64,000 nt of DNA, taken from assembly GCA_904063045.1 (NCBI GenBank), contig CAJFCJ010000017.1, positions 806,001-870,000 of the forward strand. Reading direction: 5' to 3'. This DNA comes from Dimorphilus gyrociliatus (taxonomy: Eukaryota; Animalia; Annelida). Made by a program: the position numbers and the translations under genes. Positions 39,907-53,232 of this stretch are shown piece after piece; within the stretch, counting starts at the first letter, position 1; each line of letters starts with the position of its first letter. The notes under the pieces were generated by a model, which was given only the letters and a program-made list of their open reading frames with translations, was not told the origin of the DNA and made no database searches.

Positions 39907-42687
39907 ATGGATCAAGCGCCTGAGAAAACAGAAGCAGTGGTAAGTGTTTATACACCTTCCAGGAATCAGTTTTAAAAAATTTCTAATTTGTCGTATATGA
40001 ATAGTCTGCGTTTTTTAAACTATTGAATATGTCTAACTTGCAAAAAATTGTAAACTAAAGAGCGATAATCGAGTATTTCTTCTAGATTGCCGACCCCGTG
40101 TTGGCGCAATTTGGATCAGCAGCGTCTTGGTCCTATGGGAACGAATTAATCGTCTTTGGTTCTAAATCAAGAGACGACTTGATTGACGATGGTACTAATA
40201 GAAGTACGGTGTCTCCTAAGCTGCATGCAGTAAAGTGGAATACAGATATCTATGCTACAAACTTAAGAAAAATTCTAAATGAATCGCATGGTAATGGCGT
40301 TTCAGTATATTTATAAAATCTATTAATTGAAAATTTTATAGGTACCTTTCTTGAAGCCCAAGAGATGGCGAAAGACAAGCAAACAGACACGACAGCGTAA
40401 TTTTTCATGTAAACTTATAATGTTAAATTTAAATTGCATTCCCTAGCAGATATCTTAAGATAAGTCGGGGATATCGATCTATTTTAAAGGCAAACATTGA
40501 ATGCATTAGGGATGATTTAGAAAATAGTGAGTATTATAAACTTAACAACTCCCAGAGAGATCATGTATCTTTTTAAGCACCAGCTATGGAAAATGAATCA
40601 CAAGATTTACGAAAGACTCTTGAATCTGAGCTACAAATGATTGAAATAATAGAATTAATATGGCATTTAACAGAAATTTTGTATTTGCAATCATCAACCA
40701 GTGATTGTATAGTTCCTGTCTATCAAAATTGGATATGGTCGCATTTTCAAGAGCCTTTGACATGGACTCAACATATACTGCAACAACCTATCCCAGAAAA
40801 AGATGCCCGCTATTGGGATACTGTAAGATCAATCATAATTTTGAAACTAGTTTGATAGCATTTTTCTATGTCAACAAGGTTTATGGATTAGTTCTTCAGG
40901 GCCGTACACAGCTTGTTTTTCGATTATTGTCATCACATTCACATGCAAATAATTACGCTTTTAAAACCATACTTCATTTAATTTCAATTATGCCTGAGGT
41001 CTGTCGTTTTTTTATATTTAAATACTTAAATTTTATATATATTGTTCCCAAAAAAAAACAGTTCTCCAAAAGCCGCACTCCAGGAGAATTTGACAGTGAA
41101 TGGAGAATGTGGAAAACACAATTATCAAATCTAATTTCTCAAGGCCAATTATCATCTTGTAAAAATGTTGAGCTATTAGCGAAGGTCTTAATTACTATTC
41201 TGTCCTGATTATAAAATATATTACTAAGTAATTAATGTTCTAGTTATTGATCGGTGACGAAGAAACATTGAGGACTCACTCAGAGCTATGCGACACGTGG
41301 TACGGTTATTTATTAGCAGTATTGCTGTACAAGCGTCCTACTGCTAAATTAATTGAACTACAAAATTTTACTCAAGAGTGCATTGATACTTTTGGCGGAG
41401 AAACTCAGCTGGAAAATTGGGATTTTATACTATTGGCAGCTATAGACTTAGATCTATTAAAAACAATAAAACTATGTAGTTCTAGTTTTTCTAATTGGTG
41501 GTTCCCGGCTCATCTAACTGATTTGCTATTCCATACGGGCAGATTAGACAATGAAAAGATGAAGTACGGGGAACGCTTAAGAGAATTCTTACTTTTAGAT
41601 TATGCTTCAAGTCTTTTCAGCCATGAAAGGTGATAGTTAATAAATATTGGATACACAAATTGATAACATTTCTTTGCTTCTCAGTTTATGGCAAGTTGGT
41701 GTAGCATATTTGGATGAATGCAAAGTTTATGGAAAAAGATATTTACAGCGACTTCTTGAAAATATTCCCATTCAATCAGAGTATAAAGCGCGAAAAGTTC
41801 TCAGAGTTTGTCAAGATAAAGGAATAACAGACTCATGTAAGTTCTATATTTCTGAAAAAATTTTCTACAATTAACGTATTTTCAGACCAAGTTATTTGCC
41901 GTATAATGAGTACAAAGTCTCTGAAATCTCAAAGATATAGTAATGCTTTAAATTGGGCTTTGCTCTGTAATGACGGAAAATTGTCTGCTTTAATATCTGA
42001 CCAGTAAGTAGCTCTATTTGACAGTCTTTTTTCGGTAATGAGGAAATTATATTTAATGTAATAGAATAATGAGAGAATACGAGAAGACAGGAAAATTTAC
42101 AGCCAAAGATGTTTTGAGTAATTTGGGTAAAAGAATGCTATTATGTCCTGAATTAACATTTTTGGGAAAATACTACGAATTTCACGAACTGTACTCAAAT
42201 AAGCAATTTGGAGAGTGCATTTCACTTATTGTTCAATTACTATCGTCTAATATTGCACCCAGAAAGTAAGTTTCATTCAGTATTAATGAATAATCAAACA
42301 GCATGAAATATTAATAAATCTTATTTATCTAGATACTGGTTTACTTTGATGAAAGATATTGGGCCGGTATTGAAAGAAACTCATGTTCAGTCAACAATTT
42401 TTGAAGCTAAGCAACTAGTTCATTTTGCAGCAGAATTAAGAATTGACTTTCAATTACAAAAAGAAAGCTTTGACTACAAACGTTCTGGTTTAGCGGCAAG
42501 AGATATTCGGGTAAGTTAATTCAAAAAACTAAATAATTTATTAGATCAAACAACATGTGAATTATTCATACAGACATTAAAAGAAACACAGAAAACGGTT
42601 TTGGAAACTTTAAATACCTTAATTTCAGAATATAACGTTCGATGCGTCGAATCAGTAAAAGAAAATACTGATGATATGGACATGTAA
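39907..42687 (+). CDS. NUP85: Nuclear pore complex protein Nup85
   Basis: ELIWHLTEILY, YWD|VYGLVLQG, WWFPAHLTDLL, REFLLLDYASSLFSH, LWQVGVAYLD, LTFLGKYYEFH. Confidence 0.92.
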
Positions 42688-42924
42688 ATTATTCTTTTTA
42701 AAATTTTGATTCTCATTGTCTGTATATTATTCGTGAAACATTCTCTCGTTAAGGTTTTTACAAATAGACCAAAATAAATCAAAAGTATAAGTAAACATTT
42801 TATATTTCAAATTTTTAAAAATAGTTTAAAACTAAAAAATATGAATAGTTTAAAAATTGGAAATCATTTTTCAAATATTAATAAATTAAAGACCATCAAT
42901 TTTAAATAGATATAGATATTAGTT

Positions 42925-43428
42925 ATGAATCAAGCTTTCCAAATTATATTCATTATATTACCTTTATATTCAACACCAGCAAGTCCTGCCTCTACTATTG
43001 CAGTATATTATACTCTATTTATCCTACTGAAACGTTGTCTTTTACCGAAACATCAATCTATACGCGAAAAGTGCTTTAATAGTCTAGTTTATATAATAGT
43101 CGCAGGAGTTTTAATAAATATGTTATGGGTATATCCAACACTCTGGATCTATCATTTTTTATTAAAGTGGAAGTTTGGTCATTGGATAGCTGCATTAACA
43201 AATACTTTTTCTGCCATTTTGTTATTACTTCTATACTTACCAAAACAGAATATATGGAAAAGGAGAATGATGCAAAGTGCAAAATTAAATAATTATGACA
43301 AGCCGATAATTCGAAAAAAGCGAAGCCGAGTAAACCAATACGAAGTATTGGTCAGAGAAGCAGGACTTTTCATACAAAATTGCGATGGAAAAAGGAATAG
43401 TAAAACCGATTTAGAGTCAAGCAAATAA
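42925..43428 (+). CDS. Hypothetical intronless multi-pass membrane protein (167 aa), no recognised family
   Basis: ATG-initiated 167-codon ORF in AT-rich DNA, with 3-4 hydrophobic segments and a basic C-terminal tail; not overlapping another CDS. Confidence 0.55.
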   Translation: MNQAFQIIFIILPLYSTPASPASTIAVYYTLFILLKRCLLPKHQSIREKCFNSLVYIIVAGVLINMLWVYPTLWIYHFLLKWKFGHWIAALTNTFSAILLLLLYLPKQNIWKRRMMQSAKLNNYDKPIIRKKRSRVNQYEVLVREAGLFIQNCDGKRNSKTDLESSK

Positions 43429-43564
43429 ATAGAAATATTTTGCAGTAATGGCATAGAATACAAAACAATAAATATCGATATACAGTAGATTAGTTAATAA
43501 TTCAAGAGGCTAAATGAACATTTTTTATTAATGATTTCAAAGAAATTTATAGTTATATATGAAT

Positions 43565-45020
43565 TTATTTTATTTTATCTTTTATTTTCATTGCATACTC
43601 TAAGAGTTCTTCTTCTCCGTATAAATATCTGCTTTCTTTCCACTTCTCTTTCAATTGTATTAAAATTTTACCCAATGTTGGTCCACTCTTTACTCCTCTT
43701 TCCAATAATTTATGGCCTAGATTCGGGAATTTTGGTGGAGTCCAATCACTAAACGATTTTAGAGTTTCTGAATCTCCCATATATTTTAATAGTTCCTTTA
43801 CTCTTTCAACTGTGGGCTTTGTTTCTTTCTTTGGAACTTCCAAATATATAGAATCCTGGCACCAAGTCAGACGATTTTCATCAGGGAGAAGTGTTCGATA
43901 TTTTATAATGAACCTAATAAGACCTAGCTCCTCGTTTGACATTTTCAGACGATTTTTCGCTTCAGCAGCATCTTCTTCGTCGGATAATAAGGCGGAGTAA
44001 AGAGTGATGGGAGACGGCTTGAGATCTTTAGACCTTTCGTAGACGATGTCCAATTCCTTTAGATTTCCGTTTTGTGGAAATCCTAATTAGAAAGAGAGAG
44101 AATAAATTATGTCACAATATAAGAATTTGACAGCCTCAAAACTCATTGTAATAATGCTATTTATATAAATGTTGTTAATTAAAAACTCCCTTACCAGTGT
44201 GTGTTGAAACTCCCGTGTCGTATATGACTTTAACTAGACTTGTTGCGTATTTTCCATCGAGAATTTTTTTTAGTTCTACCCATATTCTTTCACCTGAAAT
44301 ATTAGACAGACCGCTTACATTCTCTTTAATTGCCATTAGAGTCTCTGCTTCATGATTATTCTCAACTTCAGAAATTCTTCCATAAAATCGGAAATATCTC
44401 AATATTCTTAAATAATCTTCTCTGATTCTTTCACCTGCATCTCCGACAAATCTTACTTTCTTTTCTCGAAGGTCGTTTATTCCATTATAATAGTCGTAAA
44501 CAGTCCCATCAAAGCCTAGAAATAGCTGGTTAATAGTCAAATCCCTCCTTAATGCATCTAATTGCCAATCTGTTGTAAATTGTACTTCAGCATGTCGTCC
44601 ATCAGTTTCAACGTCGATTCTTAGTGTTGTTACTTCGAAATTTTCTTCATCAATTCTACACGTAATTGTACCATGTTTTTCTCCCTTAAGATTGATCATT
44701 CGTATATCCTCAGCCTTGAGAAATTCCTTCATCTGATCAGGTGTTGCTGTTGTTGCAAAATCTATATCATGTGGACTCATATTCAGTAATAGGTCACGAA
44801 CAGCACCACCAGCAATTCGTAGTTCATAATTGTGTTTTTTGAATATATCAATGAGTCTACTAAGTTGTGGTGTAAAGATATCTTGGAATAGAGAGGTTTC
44901 CAATTTTTGTGTTACCAGATTTGCTTTATAATTCATTGCCCACTTATATATTTTACCTGCTTGACTGTTGTTAGAGCTAAAGAATACTCTACTTAAGTAG
45001 CGAAGGTGATTCAATTTCAT
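43565..45020 (-). CDS. TRNT1: CCA-adding tRNA nucleotidyltransferase
   Basis: [45 protein letters not shown]. One intron at 44194..44083. Confidence 0.97.
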
Positions 45021-45417
45021 ATCATTGCATTATATTGGCAAAGAGAAATTCTGACGATAATTGAGCAATCTACTCTATCGTATATAACACGATATTCGAT
45101 TATTTATTTCGATATCGATTAAATCTTTAAAATAGAATATTAACCAATTGTTGCGAACTTTTTAAGTAATCAAGTAACTAATACTTAAACTATCAAGCCG
45201 TAATGGATGGAAAAAACTAAATAGTATATTGGAGGACTCTTAAGTAGTACGTCTCTGTTATCGCTTCTGACGATGTATCGATATTGAAGTGGAAGCGGAA
45301 ACTCTTTTCTTACCTACCGCCTATATCGACCATTACCCACGTGCAAAAACTTTAAATCATCCCAAATATAGTTTATTTTCTTACTTTCAACTCTCTTAGA
45401 TTGAAGATTGTAGAGTA
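45021..45417. promoter_or_regulatory. Putative bidirectional promoter shared by TRNT1 and TRMT1
   Basis: 397 bp between divergent ATGs; contains TATCGATA (45276-45283), further ATCGAT cores, GCGGAA and CACGTG. Confidence 0.6.
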
Positions 45418-46875
45418 ATGGCTAGTAGTGAAACTGAACAAGAACGAATAAAAGAAGGTCTTGCCGAAGTTTTCACGACATCATCTACTTTTTATAATCC
45501 AGTTCAACAATTCAATCGTGATACAACTGTAACTGTGATAAATGGATATATAAAAAATCAGAAAGGTTCTAAAATACGTGTATTGGAAGCTTTGGCAGCA
45601 TCCGGATTAAGATCAATACGGTTTGCTAAAGAGATTCCAGGAATTTCAGAGATTGTGTGTAATGACTTCAGTACAGAAGCGGTTGAGTGTATTAAAAAAA
45701 ATATAGAATTAAATGGTGTTCAAGATATTGTAAAACCCAATTGTGAAGATGCTATGCTACTCATGCAAAAATGCAAAAAAAGAGAATTGCAATTTGATAT
45801 AGTGGATTTAGATCCATACGGATGCGCTGGTCCTTTTCTCGATGGAGCAGTTCAATGTATTAAAAACGGAGGCCTATTAGCAGTTACATGTACGGATTTG
45901 GCTATTTTATGTGGTAATGCTTTCGAGAGTTGTCATGCAAAGTACGGATCAGTTTCACTGAAATCGAAAGCTTGTCATGAACTAGCTCTTAGAATTGTAT
46001 TAAGATCTATTGAATCGGCTGCGAATCGTTATGGGCGTTACATTGAACCTTTAATCAGTATATCAGTGGATTTTTATGTTAGAATATTTGTTAAAGTTCA
46101 CTACGGAATGCAACAAGCTAAAAAAAGCGTTTGTAAACTATCTATGATATATCAGTGTTCTGGTTGTTCGTCTTTACATTTTCAACCTATGGCCACTCCG
46201 AAAACTGAGCATACATTTGCTTTTGCTAGAGGTCCACCTGTTGGGGAAACTTGTACCTTCTGTCTACATAAATTTCATTTAGGCGGTCCTATATGGTCTG
46301 ATAGAATTCATAATTTAGACTTCATAAATCAACTTCTAGTTGACTTGGCAGATCTTAAGAATCTTGGAACGAAAGAACGTATTCAAGGCATCTTCACTGT
46401 AATTAAAGAGGAGCTGCAAGATGTTCCTTTATATTATGTGTTAGATTCACTAGCTTCGACTATAAGATGTTCAGCTCCATCACAAAATGCTTTCCGATCG
46501 GCCATTTTAAATGCTGGTTATAAAGTTTCTTATTCTCACGCTGAAAAAAACTCTGTTAAGACAAATGCACCTATGTCCTTGTTGTGGGACATTTTTCGTT
46601 CATGGGTGAAAAAAAATCCAATTAGCGATAGACATTTGACAGATGGAAGTGTTGTGAAAGAGATCCTATCTAAGGAACCTCAAACTACTATAGAATTTGA
46701 TTTTCACGATCAAGCCATCCCCGATTCAAAAAAGAAAGGGCTCCTCAGGTGGCAAAAAAACCCCCAACCCGAATGGGGACCCAAAACACGAGCAAAAAAA
46801 ACGAATGAAACCCAAGCAGAGAAACGGGAGAGGAATCAAGGAAAACGAAAAAAAAGAAAATTGGAACAGTCGTGA
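45418..46875 (+). CDS. TRMT1: tRNA (guanine26-N2)-dimethyltransferase, intronless CDS
   Basis: FYNPVQQFNRD, LEALAASGLRSIRF, VDLDPYG, CQSC-type Cys pairs (CSGC...CTFC), GGPIW, HAEKNSVKTNAP, WGPK. Confidence 0.96.
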   Translation: MASSETEQERIKEGLAEVFTTSSTFYNPVQQFNRDTTVTVINGYIKNQKGSKIRVLEALAASGLRSIRFAKEIPGISEIVCNDFSTEAVECIKKNIELNGVQDIVKPNCEDAMLLMQKCKKRELQFDIVDLDPYGCAGPFLDGAVQCIKNGGLLAVTCTDLAILCGNAFESCHAKYGSVSLKSKACHELALRIVLRSIESAANRYGRYIEPLISISVDFYVRIFVKVHYGMQQAKKSVCKLSMIYQCSGCSSLHFQPMATPKTEHTFAFARGPPVGETCTFCLHKFHLGGPIWSDRIHNLDFINQLLVDLADLKNLGTKERIQGIFTVIKEELQDVPLYYVLDSLASTIRCSAPSQNAFRSAILNAGYKVSYSHAEKNSVKTNAPMSLLWDIFRSWVKKNPISDRHLTDGSVVKEILSKEPQTTIEFDFHDQAIPDSKKKGLLRWQKNPQPEWGPKTRAKKTNETQAEKRERNQGKRKKRKLEQS

Positions 46876-47150
46876 AAATTCAACCGATAAGAAATTCAAA
46901 TTGACCAAAATATTAGTATTTAATTAGTTATATTGAAAGAAAATTTTGCTATTAATTATTTATAAGATCAAGATTTAATTAAACGTATATATACACAACT
47001 AGCAACTGACTGTACAATATTTTAAGATTAAACCCTAATTTTAAATTTGATATATTAGTATACTATGTTGTATACTATAAATCGCGTATATAATCTATAC
47101 GGTTACGTAGGAAGAGAGCAAAAAATTAGTAAATATTTAATAAAGTCAAG

Positions 47151-49687
47151 TTAAATGGATTCGCCATGATCAGGTGCTAAGTGATTATTGCTGGGACTAG
47201 GCTTGGAGCTCTTTGGTGACCTAGGAAACGTTGGTGATGGCTGAACAGAAGGAGCTTTTCCGGATCGTTGAACCTGAATGCCGAAAATAGAAGCGACATT
47301 TTCCGGTAAAGCCTCATATGAACAGAGTTGTAGATAAATCGCTTCAGCTTCTTTTAACATAGGTTCGAGCTCAATCTTATATGACATATCGTTAATATGC
47401 CGTAAGATTTCCGTAAATCCAAATCTGGAATTAATTATTGTCTGCTTCGCATCTAACAGGACGGCTACGCACAGGAGCAATTGGAAATTAGGACATGGAT
47501 TCATTGTCCAATATACTTCCCACAATCGCATGATTTCAGGAAATTTGAATTCTCTTTTAAATATGATTAAAAGCCATCGAAAACAGAAATACATATTACA
47601 GGAGTCATGTTGCACTGTAAAAATCCATAAACTTTGTATAAGAACTGGATACAAGAGTTACTTTATACTTACTTAAATATCTGTAAAATTCTGGATCGTA
47701 AAATTTGATCAATGTTTGTAACTGCAATAACTGGTTTCTCATTCCTGCTTGGTCTTTGTCAAAGTTATGTTGCTGCGTAATTGAACATTTTTATCAACAT
47801 TATTATTCTCATGAGCTTTTGATTCTATGTAAAGATACTTACAACAATTTCCATAAAACCGGCAAAGCTCCAAAACGCATCTACTTCATTTTCCATCAGA
47901 GCTAATATTGGTGCGAGTAAGTCACTCATTCCCTGAACGTAACTTAGGTCGAAGTTATACATGACATACGTCATAAGTACGTCATAAAGCACGTCAACAT
48001 TTTTCTTCTCTACATAATATTCATGAGTTCTATCCGTTCTGTTTACGTCTTTATCTATATTTTGTACATGGATTACATAAAAATAATTGTAATATTCCTA
48101 AAATATCAGGTTCTTTACCGATTAAGTTCTTCATATCCCTGATCTGGGAAAATCTTGTCTCTTGCTCTTTGCTTATTGATTTCCATTGTAGTTTCATACG
48201 GAAATAGTCGTCACTTTGTTATTTTAGATAAAACTTTAAAACGTAAATAATTAATGTATTACGATTACTCTTACACTTTAGCTTTTCTTTGATCAGATCT
48301 TGATTTGTAGTTTGAATCCCAACTATAATAGCCCAACAAAAATTTCCATACCTCTTTCCTAATCGAATGATCTACGCCCTTAAAAAATTTACATACATTT
48401 AACTATATATTGACTTTTTGCTTAGAGTATTTACCCCTCTGAAAATTATATCTTTCAGATTTTCAGGGTCTTTAACACGTCCTTCAGTATCCATAAGCTT
48501 CGACCACTGTTCTGGATTTAATGGACTTTTTCTTTGAATAGGAAGTTTATCCGCTAAATCAGGAGGCTATAAGTAAACATGAACTTTAGCTAACTCTAAT
48601 AAAAGTCCCAATTCAATAAAACAAATTACTTTGTATACTCCGGTTGATACGACAGCAAATCCATTTTGATCAAAATCATCCTCAATAGAGACATACATTT
48701 CTTCATTCTGGTTAACTATATCTTCCATATTTCCTACACTATTCGAATTAGGAGAAAGAAATTTTTCGATAGTGTCCTTCACTCTACTAATTTTAGCAAA
48801 GCCTTGTGTGATTCCCTACAAGCCGTACATTGTAGTTATTTAATGTGGGAAAAGTAATGATTAATGAAAAATCATACCTGAATTGAGGAACGCTGATCAG
48901 ACATAACGTCCAATTCTTCGAGAGACTTATATAGCGCTTTACTGTTATCTTTAACAATAAATAAGGTTTGATCTTTTTGTTCGTAGCTGATGTGCTGTTT
49001 CATAGCCGATAAAAAATCACTTGTTCCTCCTCGATGAAAATGTAATGCAGGGTAAGTCGTTCCACAATTAAGAATAAATATTAAGAAAGGTATCCCACTA
49101 GTCGGTTTTGACTTTTTAAATGATCGTAAATCTTGAATATTAAAATTAATAATATGGCTATGTGGAATAGGTAAATGCCCTTTGTTTGTAGCAGACGTTC
49201 CATTAGATTGTTGACTTTGCCCTGAAGTTTAGTTACAGAAGATCAATTATATTTTTAAATACTAAAACAAGAAATTTCAACCTTGATTATTTCTTTGGAC
49301 GCCAACTACCTCCCATTCGTCATGCTTCTCTTTAGGTTGATAGGGTTGCCACTCGATAAACACACCATGTGACTAATAATTTTTTGGTATATTTGTTTAA
49401 TTTACGTTTAGGTTTGTCTAACAAATTGTAACTTACATTTTTGAAAATTACTAATTTTCCGTCGCTTACTGACTCTGAATCATTATTTTGCCTGACATGT
49501 GTCCTAATGAAGACGCTTGGAGTTTGGTGTAGAATCTGAATTTGTAAGTTTAAAAATAATTTTTTTCATGATTAATAATCGTAACATCTTTAAATTTTTA
49601 TTCGATACTAGTTGGTTTGGGAAATTAGCGAATTTAACAAAAATTAAACGTAATAATAGGTAAGAAACTACAAACCTTCTTTTCCAT
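47151..49687 (-). CDS. TBC1D15: TBC1 domain Rab7 GAP (TBC1D15/17)
   Basis: FIEWQP, YPALHFHRGG, IFRG|GVDHSIRKEVWKFLLGYY, KDVNRTDR, LGYVQGMSDLLAP, FCFRWLLIIFKREF. Confidence 0.92.
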
Positions 49688-50158
49688 TATTGTTTTTCTA
49701 CGTCATTTGCAGAGAAACCTCAGCCCGGTGGGATTCCGGAAACGAGCCTCGTTTTGGTTTCAGTCGCACACAAAATATTCATTGAAAAAATTCTCGTTTT
49801 TGTCGAAATTTTATGTTTATTCAAATATAAAATTTAATTTGAAACTTGTGGCCAGAACGATTAGATTTTACTTTTAATGCGAAGTAGGTATATATTTAAG
49901 AAATGTTTGTTAAACTGTTGATTTTCCCATTATTTTGAACAAAACATCACTAGTCAGGCAAGAAAAATATCACTGACCATGTTTTATTTGACTTCTAAGA
50001 AAAAATATCACAAAATACCAAAGAGCTGGTATTTAATTGTTCATTTGACTATTAACAAATACTTTTCTAAAATTGATAACAGAAATTCAACCAATAAAAA
50101 GGATTGTATGAGAACAGAAAAAGTTTAACTACAGACGAATGGTTTTATCGAACTAGAT

Positions 50159-52854
50159 ATGTTGAAGCATTCCTTGATTTTACTGAAAACACCGAAACGA
50201 CCAATTTCAAACGTTTTATTACGAAATCTAGAAGTAAATATAAGAAAAAACGTTTCTGCAAATGATCCTTACTTGCATTGGAAAAATAAAACAAGATTCT
50301 TTAGTACGAGTAGCGCAAATGGTGAAGATGACAGTGAAGCAGGTAAAGTTGTCCGTAAAGTTCTCGAAGAACAAAGAACAAACGAGAATATTGCAAAAAA
50401 CTCTGGGAACATTATAGACAAAACAAAGACTTTACTTCAAGGTTAAACTAAATAATACTTATTTTTTAAAAGACGAGAGTAATCATAGAATTCTATCTAA
50501 TAGGAGATCAAACAAAAAGTGAAAATCCAGATCTTATCCAAAATAGCAGAACATTACTAAAAGGTTTGTTTAATCCAAGAATGAACGTCTAGCTATATTT
50601 TATCATGGGTGTTCATTTATTACCATCAGTGGTTCCAAGAAAACGAGAAAAGACAGATTTTTCTAAACCTCACACTGATAATATCTTTATAACACCAAGT
50701 AGAGCCTTGAATGAATATTCACTCGATTTCCGGTTTGTTTTTGTATAGTTGTTTGCCTTGAAATTTTCGTTTAAAGGTATTTCCAAGAAGCATTAATCAT
50801 AATATAATTTGCAAAATTGTTGCAGAGAATTAACCTCTCTTACAAAGTATACAAGAAGAAGCCCTTATCCGGAAAGAGATGATATTACTGTCTATCTTAG
50901 AGGAGAGGTAGAAAAGAAGTAAATGAGAATTTTTTATGATCTTCCAAGATGTTTATAAGTGTACTTATATGTATATTTTTTCTTTTTTGATCTTTTTGAT
51001 TAGAGCTATTGAGAAATTTGGTTCCTTTGAAGCTTTGCAGCAGCATAGAAATCGAAGAAAAGTTATGGAGAATATTGAACGAAATACTTTTCTATGTAAG
51101 TTTTTAATTGATGAAATTGAGTCAAAACCTTATATTTATAACGAACGCATCTCTTAAAAAGCTGAGGCTGATATTCGTCAGGCTATTGAAGATTATAATA
51201 AGCAACATGAAGATAGAACAATTGACTCTGACAATTCAAAGATCAGCGAGGAAAAGCCATATATTTTCAAGCCGCAAATAGTATATTATCAAATGAGATT
51301 TATCGTAAAAAATTTAACCCTAAATCCTTTCAGAAAGATCCTAATTTGCGTGCCAGCATTTTCAAAATAGGTCCAGGTAAAGTCATTCTATATGCTGTAG
51401 CCATGTAAGCAATTAAAATATTTTACCGTTTTCTCCATTAAACTAATATATATATATATATATAAATGTATTTAGAAACGGAGCCAACTGTCTCATGAAA
51501 TTGATAGCGTGGTTGTATACAGGATCTCACAGTATGTTTTCAGAATTTATTCATTCATTGGCCGATTGTCTTAATCAGGTTAATTCATTTTATTTAAATA
51601 AAAGCTATTCATTGTTTTTCTGTCCAAAAGAAAGGAACCTATATACTTAAATACTTTTTAGATAATCTTGGCCGTGGGACTTCATCAGTCACTCAAACAA
51701 CCAGATACACATCACCCGTAGTTTATCTTATTTTTTCGCAACATTGGCTTCTTTTATATATAAAATTTACTTTTTTAAGATACGGCTGGAGTAATTTCCG
51801 AAATGTTTCATCACTAATAAGTGGAGTGGGTATATTTTGTTTAGGAGCTGGCTTATCATGGTATCACGGAATCTTAGGTTTGCTTAATACCCAGCCGATA
51901 GATTCTTTGTTCTGGGTATTTATTCAATATTTTCCACTTTCAAATGTTTAATCTTGCTTCACTTCCTAGGCAATCGCTATTTTAGGAGGTTCGTTTGTTT
52001 CTGAAGGTGCAACACTTTTAATTGCTATAAATCAAATTAGGCAAAGTGCCAAAGCTCAAGGAATTGATTTTTCAACTTACGGTATTAGAGATTTTTTAAC
52101 AAGTTAGAATATTCTCTTAAAATAAATCAATGATTTCTTTTTTAGTTTGGCAAGGGTATGATCCAAGCACTAATGTGGTTTTGCTGGAAGACGCTGCCGC
52201 TGTTCTTGGAGTATCATTGGCAGCTTCTTGCATGGCTATTACCCACATGACAGGTAAATAACCTAAGTCAAGGCTGATTCTTAATTAAAAAACTAATTAC
52301 TACTTCATTCTTTTTTGAAGGCAGTCATATAGCAGATGCTGCTGGTTCGCTTTTAATAGGAACTTTACTGTCAGGTGTTGCGTCTTTTATAATTTACACT
52401 AATTCGGTAGCTCTGGTAGGCCGTTCTATACCAACTGAGAAGAAATTACAAATTACCGAAGAATTAGAAAAAGATCGCATGATACGCTGCTTACATGATG
52501 TGAAGGCAACAAGTATGGGAAGCAGCTTTGTGAGATTTAAGGCGGAAGTTGACTTTGATGGGCGAGAATTAACAAGGTTCTTGATATGTTCTATATATAG
52601 TTTATTGATAATGAAAAGATGTTCAAGATTTGACATTCCATTTTTTACTTCATAGAAAATATTTGGAAAGTATCGACGTTGAAAAACTAACCGAAGAAGT
52701 AAACGAATTAAAAAGCGTTGAAGATGTTGAACAGTTCTTACTCAAGCATGGAGAGAATATTATAGATACAATGGGAAGCGAAGTTGACAGAATAGAAAAG
52801 AAATTAAAGAAAAAACACCCCGAAGTCAGACATGTCGATTTAGAAACTTTATAA
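50159..52854 (+). CDS. SLC30A9: Mitochondrial zinc transporter ZnT9
   Basis: Presequence-like N-terminus; ALNEYSLD...RRSPY...VYLRGEVE domain; TGSHSMFSEFIHSLAD, LLEDAAAVLG, FKAEVDFDGRELT, EVRHVDLE. Confidence 0.95.
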
Positions 52855-53232
52855 GAAAATGACTTAAACAACCTGTTTAATTATATATAGAAATTTTAAA
52901 GTATAAAAGAGTATAATAAAAGTATTAAAACACAGTTAAAGAGTTAAACATAGTTTTAAGTTAAATTATATTCATATTTTTCCTTGTTATTTTCAAAGAT
53001 TTACAAATAATATAAAATGAAATGAAATTAACGTATTTCATTAACCATGGTGTATAAAATGGCAAAAATACGGCAACATTTCACACGAAACCGAATCATT
53101 TAGATATTACGTAGATATTTTTATTTTTAAGTCTGAAATTTTAGGTTAATGTAAAACATTTAAAAAAATTCTACAAAAAATAGTAAACGGCGTTTTTGAT
53201 GAAGATAGAAAATGATAGGAACTATTTGGAAA

